A stretch of 61,249 bases of DNA, filler included, from Nemertoderma westbladi (GCA_032718475.1; 3 parts of 3 records of this genome joined end to end with filler, not necessarily neighbours in it), one strand, 5' to 3'. Positions 25,316 to 38,400 are shown, numbered from the whole stretch's first letter. The notes: generated by a model from the letters alone, not told the origin. A program made the numbers and translations.

Positions 25316-25704
25316 TGGCTATAAAATGAGTGTTTTGCTACGTCATGTGGTAATCGATTATCGATAACAACCACAAACTATTAAATTTAGAGTCTTTTAC
25401 CACACAGGCGCATATGGAATTCTAGCTCATAGTCTATAAATCATGGAATCATGGAATGTTTTGGCACAGGCATAGTGAAACCAACTGTCCGACAGACCAG
25501 AAATCAACAAATTTTGAATGTTTTGGCATAGGCATGTTGAAATCAACTGTCTGACAGTTTGAAGAAATACATACATAAAAAGTCATTAAAAGGACAATAA
25601 AAGTCATTAAAAGGACAACAAAAGTCATTATGCACAATTCGTAAAAAAAGGAGGTCAAAAAATCAAATAAAAGGACATAAAAAATCACTGCCTTTCTTTT
25701 TCCA

Positions 25705-26271
25705 CCAGCTTGATGATAACGTTGATTACGTATTCCAACAGGATGGAGCTCCCCCTCACTGGGGTCTTATAGTCCGTTCCTATCTTAATAGCACCTTTCC
25801 TGGGCGTTGGATAGGTCGTGATAGCCCAATACACTGGCCGGCTAGGTCTCCTGACCTAACCCCCTGTGATTTCTTCCTCTGGGGCTATTTAAAGAATATC
25901 ATGTAGCTACACACATTAACCAGCACTGAGCAGCTCAAAGATGCGATTGAAGAGGCCTTTGCCACTATACCCTCTAGTTTTTTGGCTCACAGCTTTGATG
26001 AAATGTCTGCCAGATTACTCAAAGTTTAGACAGTTGGAGGAGGACATATTGAGGTATACTACAGTAGAACATTTATTACCTTGTATTATAAAGTATTTAT
26101 GTATCTAATTAGTATATTAAAACAATCAAATCCATGTTAGTTGCCTATTTTATCACTTTACGAAAAATAGTACTTTCCAGCTATCCAATGACACCATAAT
26201 TACTGAAAATCATTAATATGGAGCTGCACAAATCAAAATACAAAAAGTATCAAATTTTGTGGGACACCCTG
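25705..26271 (+). mobile_element. Tc1/mariner 3' fragment, DD41D (rosa-type)
   Basis: FQQDGAPPHW...WPARSPDLTPCDFFLWGYLK has 41 residues between the second and third Asp. The right TIR ends ...GGGACACCCTG, and TA follows the duplicated copy at 27411. Confidence 0.85.
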
Positions 26272-27402
26272 GGGTAAATCTTTTCGACCTACGCGTAGGC
26301 CTACGCGTAGCTAAGCGTAGCTACGCGTAGTTTGTAACTTCCATTCCTGTGATTTACCGGTAGGGCCAGACTTACTACCTTTATAACAACTACGCGTAGG
26401 TGTTTTAAAACTACGCGTAGTTATTTTGGAACTACGCGTAGGTATTTTGAAACTACGCGTAGGTACTACGCGTAGCTACGCGTAGGTGCTACGCGTAGCA
26501 GTCCTGATAACAATGATTTTTCATTTCAGGTCCGGTAGGGCTGAGTTGTTAGGCAAGTATCGGTATGTCAGGTATCTGATTTATCAGACAAAGGAATAAC
26601 AGAATCGGAAACTCATATCTCTACATACAGCACTGGTAATAAATAATATTCGGCTCTTTCACATACAAACACAGGATGAATAAAAAGTAGACTTAAAAAT
26701 TCCAGTCTCTTGATTCAAGTATCTTTGTTTCCATTGGATTATTTAAATATTCTACAGTAGTAACCTACCAATCTACCGGTGAAGTGGTTAAGCGAAAGCT
26801 GATAAATGCTGCATATAATCAATTGTTTGGTCAAATAACAAGTGCAACCAATCATGGTAGACAATTTAGTCTCCCCCTTCCCTTGTCAAGGGGTTAACAT
26901 ATTAAATATATCCTTGCCCTATCGTGGACAAAGGCAATAAAAAGCATAGAGAATCGATAAGAACCATCGGCCTATTTCCTTTGTAAACTATTTCTGAACT
27001 CTAAACATTATTACCGGTAACACATTTTAGCACCCGCAACGCATGAAGTGACGAATATGTAGTCTTAGCGTATTCCTCTATAGTATACAGGTATAGGAAG
27101 CATTACTGTTGAAAGCATTTGATGGTTGTGGGTTGTTTATTGAACATACCGTATTGTCTTATTTTAGTACTGAACCGCTTGGAATACGCAGGCCTACTAA
27201 TGATAAACGACGTATAGGCATAGTTATGGGTAGCACCTACGCGTAGTTATACGTAGCACCTACGCGTAGGACCTACGCGTAGCTACGCGTAGCACCTACG
27301 CGTAGTTAATGTTAAAACTCTGAAACTGGTGATATAGGACCCAATGTTGCAAACTACGCGTAGCTACGCGTAGGCCTACGCGTAGGTCGAAAAGATTTAC
27401 CC
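26272..27402. mobile_element. Non-autonomous TIR DNA transposon (MITE) with 8-bp TSD
   Basis: Both ends carry the TIR GGGTAAATCTTTTCGACCTACGCGTAGGCCTACGCGTAGCTA. The TSD ACACCCTG is at 26264-26271 and 27403-27410. Subterminal arrays of the palindrome CTACGCGTAG are present. Confidence 0.93.
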
Positions 27403-28516
27403 ACACCCTGTATATCATAGTATCGACGTTCTGAATTCTGAATTATTATCTTTTAATAATAATAATGTTTTAAGAATATTAATGAAATTCGTATCCTGTA
27501 CGTAATTAAGGCTGTTTTTTAAGTTACATATATTACTGATTATATTACTGATATTACTATTAGAGTGAACTTTAAATATAAAAACTATCAAACTATCAAA
27601 TGCCAAATAATTAAACAAGATAAAATTTATCCTACAGAATACTTTGACATCTCTATTTTTAATATAAAACTTAACAGAATAAGGCTTTTAAAAATTATCC
27701 TGTAGCAGTTCTATTTGCCTGTTTTACTGAAAGGCAAAGTTCAATAAGCCAGCAGTAGTGATCATTGGTTACTTTAATGGTTGCCAGGGTGATCCCTTTT
27801 GTAAATAATCGTAAGTCAGGAATCCATCTCCAATAACATTGTCTGATAGAGGGATAGGCCTACACATTCGGACATCCGTATGTACTAACTAATACTACTC
27901 TACTGGCTATTGCTATACCAGTATACCGGTTTTGTTATTGGCTCAAGCGAGTGTTTATTAACAGAGCCACAGTCAGCGGTATCTTCTCTGCTTGACTGCG
28001 TAGTTTGTTCTTAAATTTTACAGATATATTGCCTAGTTAAATCAATGACGTCGTAAGTAGGTACCGGTACTTTAATATGTGAAAGTTTAATACGGATACT
28101 AAACTGCTAAATATTTTAGCTACCGCACAGCGTACCTGTACTAGGTACCACATTCCACTTATTGCCGGATATTAGAGTTATTAAGTTTGTTTTTGTTAAT
28201 CCTAATCTATTATATTTAAATAATATATTGATATTGAATAATTGTCTGTCAGCCTGCCTCGGCCTTATTTAATACACTACCGGTACCGGGATTGTTTATT
28301 ACTATTATTATATTTGTCTAGTTTTCTATATTTCATACAGGTGCTACTTACAGTAGGGCCTACCACATGAGGACATAATTTATTCAGCCTTAAACATACC
28401 GGTAATCCGTATAATTCTAGGTATATCAATAGCTCTACCGGTACTGTATAGGCCAATTTATAATTTTGTTGAAAGACAATTATTGCAACAAAGACTAATG
28501 ATGACTTGGATCAGAC

Positions 28517-30277
28517 ATGCCTTCTTCAGTAAACATTCATTCCCCAGTCTATAACCAGATATCGGCTCTACTGGGTTGTGTCCCGCTGTACGCTTCTCTT
28601 TTAAACTTTGTAATGACACAGATTATGGAAATGTCACCGATACAGGAACTTTGTTTACCTAAGTTAGTCGAGTCTGTTGGCTCTCCAGAACGCGTTAAAG
28701 CGACACGAAGTCGGGGAGCGGTTGCAACGTCGGCCGGGAGCGAACCCTGGGCGACGGTGAGCGAGCAGTGGGACGTCAGCGATACCGAGTCCGAATTCAC
28801 GGTAACGGGCGTCGGCCGGGATTCCCCGTGGGGCACGGACTCGCCCTGGGGCGCGGTGCCCTCGGGATACAGCACGGCCACCAGTAGCGGCTACAGCTGG
28901 GGCGCCGACGACGAATGCGAACAGGAGGCGGCGTCCAGCGTTCAGAAGATGTTCGACCGGATAGATGCGGCGTTGTACGAACGAAACGAGACTCTCGATC
29001 ACGAGCTCACCACCGAGTGCACCGAATGGGCCTCCCAGTTCCCGCACATCCGTATCCGGGGCCACGCCTTGCCGGGAACCGGAGAGGACAGCGGGTTCGA
29101 GTTCGCTCCCTCTACTCCCGGGAGCACCGTCGCAGGGAGCGGCGTCAGTCTCCTGGGGAGCGGAACTGTTCCCTCTCGGAGCGGCGGTTCCGAGATGGGA
29201 GTCAGTCTCCTCGGAGGTCCACCAACCCCTCCAACCGTCTCAGATTCCTCTAGATCTCTCTCGGTCCTCGGAACGCCGATGCCGATACTGACATTCGAGG
29301 AAACGACGCCACGGAACTCGCCCCGCCCCTCGACACCACCGCCCCCACCAGGGGTCGAGGAGCTCCTGGTTGCCGAGGGAACGGTCGAGGAAACCCTCGC
29401 CATCGACCGGGACGACCCCTCCGAGCAGCGGGGGTCCAGACTCACTTCCGGTCGACGGAAGCCCGGCTTCCCCCCGGTCACCCCGTTCGAATGCGTCAAG
29501 GACGCCGTCATTGAGGGCGTCTTCGACAAGGTCTGGACGGGGATCTCCGGTCTGGTCGCCGAGATTCAGCCACATATCGCGGATGGGACCGGGTCGGCTA
29601 CAGCAGCGGAGCCCCTGTTGGCGTCACCCGAGGTCATAGAAACCGCCAGCGACGTGGTCCCAACAGTCTCCGCAGAAACTTCTACCTTCGGGAGCCTCCG
29701 ACTTTCTGGTCTCCTCTCGGTCACCCCAAAGGCCCTCTCCTCCCGAACTAGTAACCTGCAGACACTCATGGAATTTTCGACTACCCCTCTTAGCGGGGTG
29801 TCACCCGGAATTGTTCTCAGGGAACCCGCCAAGCGGCGTATCAACTCGGCACAGAGCGGGACTCAGCGACGCTTCGCGGGGTCCAGTAACCGGGTCACCT
29901 CCACCATGGACAGGGGCAACCACTACTGGAACCGCGCCAACCACTTTATGTTGCCCGCGATACAGCCAGTGAAGGAGGAGGAATCCACAGAGGAGACAGC
30001 CCTCCCCGCGGCTCCGGGGGTGCTCCTCAGGGGTCGGGCGGCCCCCCTCCATGCCCGGACAGACACCCAGGGTCGCCCGTCTACCTCCCTCGCGTTCTAC
30101 CACGCACCCTCCGATCCCCCCGCCCAGCCTCGCCCTCTATCGGGAGGGAGGGGTATCGTTAGACAGCAGACCAGTGTGGGTGCGGTGGGGGGCTCCCCTC
30201 ACCAGCCACCCTCTCACGAACCCACACGCAGGGTGCAGTCCGGTATACATCGCTCTCGAACAAACGTTAACACGTAG
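28517..30277 (+). CDS. FAM149: FAM149 family protein (DUF3719; ciliary, FAM149B1-like), single coding exon; true start may be a downstream ATG
   Basis: Family motifs YSWGADD, VQKMFDRIDAALYE, ECTEWASQFPHIRIRG, EELLVAEGTVEETLAID and GFPPVTPFECVKDAVIEGVFDKVW occur in one uninterrupted GC-rich ORF. Confidence 0.88.
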   Translation: MPSSVNIHSPVYNQISALLGCVPLYASLLNFVMTQIMEMSPIQELCLPKLVESVGSPERVKATRSRGAVATSAGSEPWATVSEQWDVSDTESEFTVTGVGRDSPWGTDSPWGAVPSGYSTATSSGYSWGADDECEQEAASSVQKMFDRIDAALYERNETLDHELTTECTEWASQFPHIRIRGHALPGTGEDSGFEFAPSTPGSTVAGSGVSLLGSGTVPSRSGGSEMGVSLLGGPPTPPTVSDSSRSLSVLGTPMPILTFEETTPRNSPRPSTPPPPPGVEELLVAEGTVEETLAIDRDDPSEQRGSRLTSGRRKPGFPPVTPFECVKDAVIEGVFDKVWTGISGLVAEIQPHIADGTGSATAAEPLLASPEVIETASDVVPTVSAETSTFGSLRLSGLLSVTPKALSSRTSNLQTLMEFSTTPLSGVSPGIVLREPAKRRINSAQSGTQRRFAGSSNRVTSTMDRGNHYWNRANHFMLPAIQPVKEEESTEETALPAAPGVLLRGRAAPLHARTDTQGRPSTSLAFYHAPSDPPAQPRPLSGGRGIVRQQTSVGAVGGSPHQPPSHEPTRRVQSGIHRSRTNVNT

Positions 30278-30746
30278 CCCTCTGTTAGTCTCTATGTTTC
30301 ATGTTCCCTTATATTTCCTAACAACAGCATGTTTATTGTCTTCACCTATTTCTGTGATAATATATAAATTATTATGTTTCATTATAATTGTTCTTCATAA
30401 TAATTACTGTATATACACCATGACCCGTAATATAGTGTCATTTTCTGATGACACGGACCCCCCCCCCCCCCCCCCCCCCAAAATTTTTCTACAAATCTTT
30501 ATCATATTGCTTGAACTTTGAAACACAATTAGTTCAACTCATCGATGAAGCCGGAATTTTCGATTTCGCCTTTAAATTTTTTTTATAAGCGTTTTAAAAA
30601 AGTGTCTTTTGCGAAATCGCACCATCCGTATCATTGCCATTATTCACAATAGTCGTAATTTTTTCATATAAATAGAAAGCATGCGTTGCAAGGATTCCAA
30701 ATATGTAACAATATCTGAATTTCATTGAGAAACAGCTGAGATATAC

Positions 30747-30846
30747 NNNNNNNNNNNNNNNNNNNNNNNNNNNNNNNNNNNNNNNNNNNNTTAATTAATT
30801 AANNNNNNNNNNNNNNNNNNNNNNNNNNNNNNNNNNNNNNNNNNNN
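30747..30846. other. Artificial contig spacer
   Basis: N44-TTAATTAATTAA-N44, with stops in all six frames; identical to 52180-52279. Confidence 0.97.
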
Positions 30847-31029
30847 AAAACTGAAACTGTAACTGAAATGTTACACATTGTAATACTGAAACTGAAATGC
30901 AAAACTTTTGATTTTTTCTGAAACTGTAACTGAAATTAATTAAAATTGATTCAGTTCTCACTCAACACTATTGGCCAGAAGTAAATCATTAGGTCCTGGT
31001 GTATTACAGATACAGTAAGCACTGGTAGC

Positions 31030-31818
31030 CAGGGACAGGATACGGTACGATACGAAAAAGCCAAGATACGATACGAAATATGAAAAAAGTTTCGTATTTT
31101 TTTAGTATTGTATTATTTATCTAGGAGTGAATATAAATATATGTATTGTATTTTGTATTACACTTAGAAAATCACATAAATCTCTATTATATGCCAATAT
31201 TTATTATTTCAATATTCCAGTATGCTTGCTATAGCAATAGTGTGTCTGTTGGCTAAGACATCCATAAGGACGTTATGTAACACGGCGCAATGGTAGCCAT
31301 GCCATACTTTATGCACACTGTACTGAGATGTAACTTGACTTGGCCTACTACCGTTATTTATGGAATAATTTTGAATTGGATGTACCAATATGGAATAAAG
31401 TTAATAACTTAATTTCAAAGTCAAACTATTACTAGAATAAAACTATGTTTTATTTCAAAACCAATGTTTTATTTCTTTTATTTTCTCACTAGAATGCCTT
31501 ATAATAACATCAGGCGCGATTAGTTATCCTCACAAGTTTATTTAAACTGTATAATTAGATTATACTTCAGTGGTCTTTTTATCATTATTTTACAGTTAAT
31601 TACAATGTGATTATATAACGATCATCCTGTCTTACTTACACATTTTATTGACAGAATAAAACTGTAAGCTGCAACCTAATTTATACACCAATTTTGATTA
31701 AAAAAATGTAATGATCTCTGGTTTGACTTTTTGAAAACATTAATATTTCCAAAATAATATGATTCGAAAATACCATACGAAATACGAAAATCCGTTTTGG
31801 TGTCGTATCCTGTCCCTG
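31030..31818. mobile_element. hAT-type MITE
   Basis: 15-bp TIR CAGGGACAGGATACG / CGTATCCTGTCCCTG. The 8-bp TSD CTGGTAGC is at 31022-31029 and 31819-31826. GATACG subterminal motifs are present. Confidence 0.92.
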
Positions 31819-31898
31819 CTGGTAGCGCTGCTGGTAGCGCTGCTGGTAGCGCTGCTGGTAGCGCTGCTGGTATCGCTGCTGGTAGCGCTGCTGGTAGC
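31816..31898. repeat. 12-bp minisatellite (CTGCTGGTAGCG) x ~7
   Basis: Seen directly; it begins at the MITE end. Confidence 0.92.
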
Positions 31899-32850
31899 TA
31901 TATTTTTGTTTGTTATATTATTGGGAATTAATATTAATAGAAGATTTTAATATTAAAATGCTGGTGTAATCTTTATATGGAAGGGAGGCCAGACAAATTA
32001 TGTATGTTTTTATAGACATGTCTGTCAATATAATTATTCGGTTGCAATTTCTGTCGCATTGTATTTGGAAGTGATGCTTCCCAATCCCCCCCCCCCCCCC
32101 CCCCCCCACCCACTTTAAACTCCATTACTTAACTATATATATATTTCCTTTTTAAAGGAATTTACACGGCGTCTAATAGAAGTATAACACTTCGGATATA
32201 CCGGACCGGTGTTATTATAATATGTACTAAATAAACTCTAGTATTGTTTAAATTATAATATTTCTCCTTATCTAAAAAATCTATAAAAAATACTTTGAAA
32301 CTCTGGTGTAACACTATCATAGGCTGGGTGATGAAATCGATTTGTGTTCAGATTTCAAACATTGATAATAATTTATAGGAGAATTTGGAGGGGGGGGGGG
32401 GGCATAACAATATAATGTTTTTTACTAATTTCGGTTTTTCTACGTCATTTACTGTAAATATAATGATAGCGACCAGACCCAAGTATTATGAGATTGTTGA
32501 TACGTTTTAATTTTATCAACTCAACATTATCCGCACTATATGTAGCTTTAGTATCTTATATTATTCACCACTGTTGTGTTTGAATTTCATTTCATTACTT
32601 TATATTTTTTACTCACGGGCCGAAGTTTAGTAAATAGGTCGCAGTATGCACAATAAAAGTAGCAACAAATAGGTATTTACTTATGAATATTTTGTGTTGT
32701 AGTAAATGATTTAAGAAACTTTGTAAAGTGTTAATTAATATGACTGGAAAAGTATTTCTATTATTAATATACGTATATAGTATATATTAACTACCTCTCA
32801 CTTAAATTTCCAACACACAGTGACTGAAAGTCCTACTTTCCCTCACTATA

Positions 32851-33432
32851 TGTGAGCGGATTCAATTCCGCCGCATTACCCTCACAAAGTTAGGACAGTG
32901 GCACCTTTTCAGCAATATATTGGAGATACGAGATTGGCAATAACCAATCTCGTATCACAACCAACACCGGGGACAACACAAACCCCAAAGCCACACACAA
33001 AGGGAGGTTAGAGGTCAATCCACCTCGGGAGAGGAAACAACCAGCAGGGGCCAACAGCAGGGGGGAAGTAGATTATTGGCCAATAGGGGCGAAGGAGGGC
33101 ATCCACTGGGTGAAAGGCCACAGCAGTGTAGGAGTAATAAATAATCACATATATATTATTATGTTGCATACCATTACCGGTTCAGTTATTCAGTTATTGC
33201 TTTCAGTGCAGACGGGCGATATTGTTCCACCGTCACCGTCGCCATTATCTATTTACTACTGCTGTACTTCAGTTATTGCTTACCGGTTACACAATTTTAT
33301 TATATCAGACCGTCGGACAACAACACCAACTCCATCCAATTTTATCTAACGGCCTCGGCCAAACAGTAACATCCCAGCCTGCGGTGACGCGTACGAACAA
33401 CAACCCGGTCGGGATCCCTTGATCCCGCCTCA
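32851..33432 (+). mobile_element. Solo LTR, 582 bp
   Basis: Termini are TGTGAGCGG...CCGCCTCA. The 5-bp TSD CTATA is at 32846-32850 and 33433-33437. It interrupts one unit of the adjacent 52-bp repeat. Strand is tentative. Confidence 0.8.
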
Positions 33433-33832
33433 CTATAAAAGTTTCTTCCACTAATTTGGTAACAGAAAGTCCTACTTTCCCTCACTATAAAAGTTTCTTC
33501 CACTAATTTGGTAACAGAAAGTCCTACTTTCCCTCACTATAAAAGTTTCTTCCACTAATTTGGTAACAGAAAGTCCTACTTTCCCTCACTAAAAAAGTTT
33601 CTTCCACTAATTTGGTAACAGAAAGTCCTACTTTCCCTCACTAAAAAAGTTTCTTCCACTAATTTGGTAACAGAAAGTCCTACTTTCCCTCACTAAAAAA
33701 GTTTCTTCCACTAATTTGGTAACAGAAAGTCCTACTTTCCCTCACTAAAAAAGTTTCTTCCACTAATTTGGTAACAGAAAGTCCTACTTTCCCTCACTAA
33801 AAAAGTTTCTTCCACTAATTTGGTAACAGAAA
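33433..33832. repeat. 52-bp tandem repeat, about 7.7 near-identical copies
   Basis: The unit is CTCACTA(T/A)AAAAGTTTCTTCCACTAATTTGGTAACAGAAAGTCCTACTTTCC. Confidence 0.95.
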
Positions 33833-34274
33833 CTCCATTTGGAGTTGAACCTTGGTTTCGAGACCCGATCACTGAAGGATGTTTCTTTTATAAAGGGAGT
33901 TGGTTTCGATAAATGTTGCCATGTCCTGTTGTTACATAATACCACCAGATTTCAAAACATTCGATTTATAATAATTTTAACACATTCTTTGAAGGATAGT
34001 AAAAAATGCCATTATATTCATGCGTTAGGCAGTTCATTGTCCATATTTATCATATTGTCCTTATTATACAAAACATAACATAGGACCTCCAACATTATTT
34101 GTTCTGTGGATTACAGTGGTGTAACACGTAACATGCCTCCACTCATGGCCTTAAATCAAGTGAGTGTAATCCAGGCATGTTGTTAGGGACCGCAAAATAT
34201 ACGTCACCACATCGGCACCGAACTAAATGCTGATTTGTTGGCTTTCTATATACCTGGCTACCTCCCGCCCCCAC

Positions 34275-34895
34275 CCATCACCCCACTTCAACCCACCCTT
34301 CACCCCACTACAACCCACCCCTCACCCCACTACAGCCCACCCCTCATCCGACTACAGCCCACCCCTCACCCTACTACAGCCCACCCCTCACCCCACTACA
34401 GCCCACCCCTCACCCCACTACAGCGCACCCCTCACCCGACTACAGCCCACCCCTCACCCCACTACAGCCCACCCCTCACCCCACTACAGCCCACCCCTCA
34501 TCCGACTACAGCCCACCCCTCACCCTACTACAGCCCACCCCTCACCCCACTGCAGCCCACCCCTCACCCCACTACAGCCCACCCCTCACCCCACTACAGC
34601 CCAACCCCTCACCCCACTACAGCCCACCCCTCACCCCACTACAGCCCACCCCTCACCCGACTACAGCCCACCCCTCACCCCACTACAGCCCACCCCTCAT
34701 CCGACTACAGCCCACCCCTCACCACACTACAGCCCACCCCTCACCCCACTACAGCCCACCCTCACCCTATTAAAGCCCACCCCTCATCCGACTACAGCCC
34801 ACCCCTCATCCGACTACAGCCCATCCCTCACCCCACGACAGCCACCCCTCAGCCCTCACCCCACTACAGCCCACCCCTCAACCGACTACAGCCGA
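34275..34895. repeat. 22-bp C-rich minisatellite (CCCCACTACAGCCCACCCCTCA), about 28 copies
   Basis: Seen directly; the overlapping ORFs show a 22-aa periodicity. Confidence 0.95.
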
Positions 34896-35476
34896 CCCCA
34901 TAACCCCCCTCCCCCCCCCCCCCCCCCACCCCTAAATGCCGGATGATATTCATTCACCATTTTTAAGATAATTTGAATTATACTTTTCACTATTAAAGTT
35001 ACTCCCCTTTTTATTTTACAGTTCTGGTTAAGTTACATTAATTTGATTGAAACTTTGCCAGATAAATTATTAGGAATAGCTAATCCAAGAATATATTAAA
35101 TGGCTATCACCATTAATATCAACTTATTTTTAGAATATATTCAATGCCAATACGACGACTGGAGGCTCATTAAATAATCACAGGTGCACTGGAATTAATT
35201 ATCTTCCCTACAGCATTTGTATAGTAGAACATTATAAAGGGTAAAACGACAGCCAATAGGGGCCCTTGCTTTCCAGCCATTGCTATAGATACGGAAAACC
35301 CGTTACAAACAACGGTACCAACATCACATTATATTTTTATTTGCCATTCAATTAAATAATGAGTTGATTTATTATTATTATTAACAATAATAAATTGTAT
35401 TCACAAAATGTATTGTACTCGGAGATTGTGGTTGATAATTTAATAATAAAATAATTTTCACATTTATTTATTAATA

Positions 35477-38400
35477 ATGAAACTTTTCGATGTTAACGAC
35501 GATAACTTGGAGGATCTTCTCGCGTGCGACGATTTATTTCTCGAATATTTTAATGGTTTCCTTTCGTCTGCGGCGTTCCCCGTACCGTTGAACTACGACC
35601 GTCTGACCGGCACCGTTCTAGAATCCTACAACCTTTTGGGTACACCTAGTACACGAGGCAACACGACCACTGCTCATTCAGACGGGCGAGCTCTAAGTAT
35701 GGAGTACGGCGCATCAGACGAGGAGCGAGAAAGGATGCTGTCCTGGTTGAAAGGTGACCGACTCCCCATATTCCTACAGTCCAAGTTCTATAGAGAATAC
35801 AAACTCTGTAGATTACTGCTGCGACATTTAGAACAGCGGCAAAACGTGGAACGTACCAGCACTATGGATATCCAGGGTTACAGTCGGCAGACGGCCAGCG
35901 AATCCAGTTCGAGTTTCAATATGAGTACCGAGAAGGTTTCATACGAAGGTAAGACCAACGCGATTCGATGGAGTCCTATAGACTACTCGATGTTCAAATA
36001 CCTGCGACCAGGGAGCAGAGCATTCTCATTGCCGATATCCATGATGGCGATTAATGACCTTAACGACCAGATGGAACCCTCTTCTGGAGCCAAGGCCACC
36101 AACACTGGAGAAAAATCTACCTCAGCCGAAGATGGGGATCTCTTCAAAGTGTCTACCGGGGGCAGCGATGGCATTCCCGAAATCGGTCCAACTCAAAATG
36201 ATTTAAGTGTTGCTGAAGCCAAACCGATTCAGAGCGCATTAAAAGGCGCATCTAAACGTAACGCTGTCGCGAAAAAGAAAACTACTATAATGGTTCCTAC
36301 AGATGACTCAGAATTTGACGCGAAAAATAGATCCAAGGCGGTTGATGACGCTTTTGTCGAGGAAGAACCAGTGGATATTCCAGTCGATGAAGTCAGCGAT
36401 TTCTATGAAAATGCAAGTTTTGAGAGTGACGATGACGTTTCATATATCTCCTTCGAGGGTACCACTACAAACACAACGAGTCATAGGAAGCAGAATAGTA
36501 CAACCCGTGAGATGAAACGGATCGCTGGTAAAATGCAGACAACTTTGCAGCACATCAAAGAAGAATGGCTTGGATCAGTTTCTGGAATGGAGAAGTTCAA
36601 ATCCTTTTTAATAAACACTCAAGGGCTCGATTTGTTCGCCTTTTGGATAGACTGTGAAGAGCTTGTCGACAACATCATTATATTTGAAGGGCAAATTGAT
36701 ACTAGTGACGCGTTAAAATCTAAACTCTTTCGCACTGTTTTGGATAAATATAAGTTGCGTTTAACGGATAACGCCATCGCTCTGTTAAATAAAACAAGTA
36801 GTGTCACTGGATTTAATTTAAATGTTTTGTTGAGGACTCAGTACGATGTACTGCGGCGTTTACGTTCTTATTGGACACCGAGATATATTATTCATAAGGG
36901 CCAAGAACAACCTAATAATTTGGCACAACATTCCAGGGATATGGTGTACACCAGCATGTCATTCTTACCGTCTTTGGACGTTTCCAAAACGTTTACAGTT
37001 CGCCCGGATATTATGGAGAAGACTTTGGCTAATCCATTGAATAATTGGTCAATAATTGCACAGACAGGACATCGAGCAGATTCTACAATGCGGTCTGCGA
37101 ATCCAAGACGTCACTTTTCTAAAGAACTAGAAACCCGTTATAAACACAGTATACGGAGTGACAAATCGTGTGGGGGTCCCTTCCAACGTTACCTTCAAAG
37201 GAAATGCTTATTCTCCCCACCGCCGCTCAACGAAGACATAATGCTGTTGGCTAGATATTTATTTTGGCAAGATGTTCTGGAGTATTCGGATTCACAGAAG
37301 CGTGGTTGCGATCGATTTATCCGCCTTACTATGGCATGGACTCTGTTTACAAAGTATTTCACAACTGATAGCCTTTGGAGTATTGGATTTAGCGATGAAG
37401 GGTGCGACTCAATTAGGGAGCAACTACAATCAACGATGGATTTTGTTGACTCCACATTATTTGCCGCCGCTGAAGAATTTTGCGCAAACGGTTTAGAAAA
37501 AGAATGGCTTCGGTTTATGAAGGATGATTTGGCAACGTTTTTGGAATGGCGGGCTAGACCAGAGGACAAGTTACCGAGCAGTCCAAGTACAGTATCTGAA
37601 GATCCAAAGCCGCCTTTACAGTCATGGATACGTCGCTTTCCGGGGTCAACTGAGTCGCAGAGAAGAAGGCGATTGCTGCGCTCTTTAGCAATGGCTGAGG
37701 AAATCAGGGATGATCATGCAAAGCAAAAGCTGAAGAAGGACCAAGTCCGAAAGGGAAGGTCAATGTTGGAACAACGGAAATATATGTCGCAAATGGGTGC
37801 CATCCAAGGAAAACGGAGAGGGGTCACGTTTAAACCACACCGGTTTCAAGTTGCCTTTAAAGAGCCTGAAGATACTGATGTTCTTTTAATTGTCGACGAC
37901 CAACCTGTTGATAAGTTTCGCGAGACGGTCGAAGGGAAAGATACCGTGAAAGACATTGCTGAAGAGGAAAAAGTAGCCTTATCTAAGGAAATGGATTCGT
38001 TGGTGCACAGCACTACCCCGCCAAAATTAGCCATGACCGATGTCATAAAAAACCGCGCATTAACTGACGATTTCGCGAATTACTGCAATAATTTTGAGGG
38101 TCTAGACATGTATAATTACCTCATGTTGTTTATGGATCTCGTTAATTATTTCAAAATACCGTTTGACCAAAAGAGAAGACAAAACGAAGCTGCTAAGGAG
38201 ATCTACAGTGACTTCGTACATCCCCTGGGGGAGCATTACATCGAAAGTATGCCGCACAACTGGGTCGGCAGAAACACGCGACCATCAACAGCCTCGTTGA
38301 TGAATGTTATGGAGAAAGTCCAGGCTGAACTTGATGAGGCCTTTAGAATATTCTGGCAGGGGAAGACGCAGGTGTTCGCCGGTGGTAAGAAATCGCGCTT

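Noticed and set aside
30747-30846. TTAATTAATTAA as a biological motif; gene linkage across the gaps
   Set aside because: An identical all-frame-stop linker sits in both N runs, so it is an assembly artefact. Adjacency across it is unproven.
34227-34946. Extensin-like Pro/His-rich proteins
   Set aside because: These are translations of a 22-bp minisatellite that is open in several frames.
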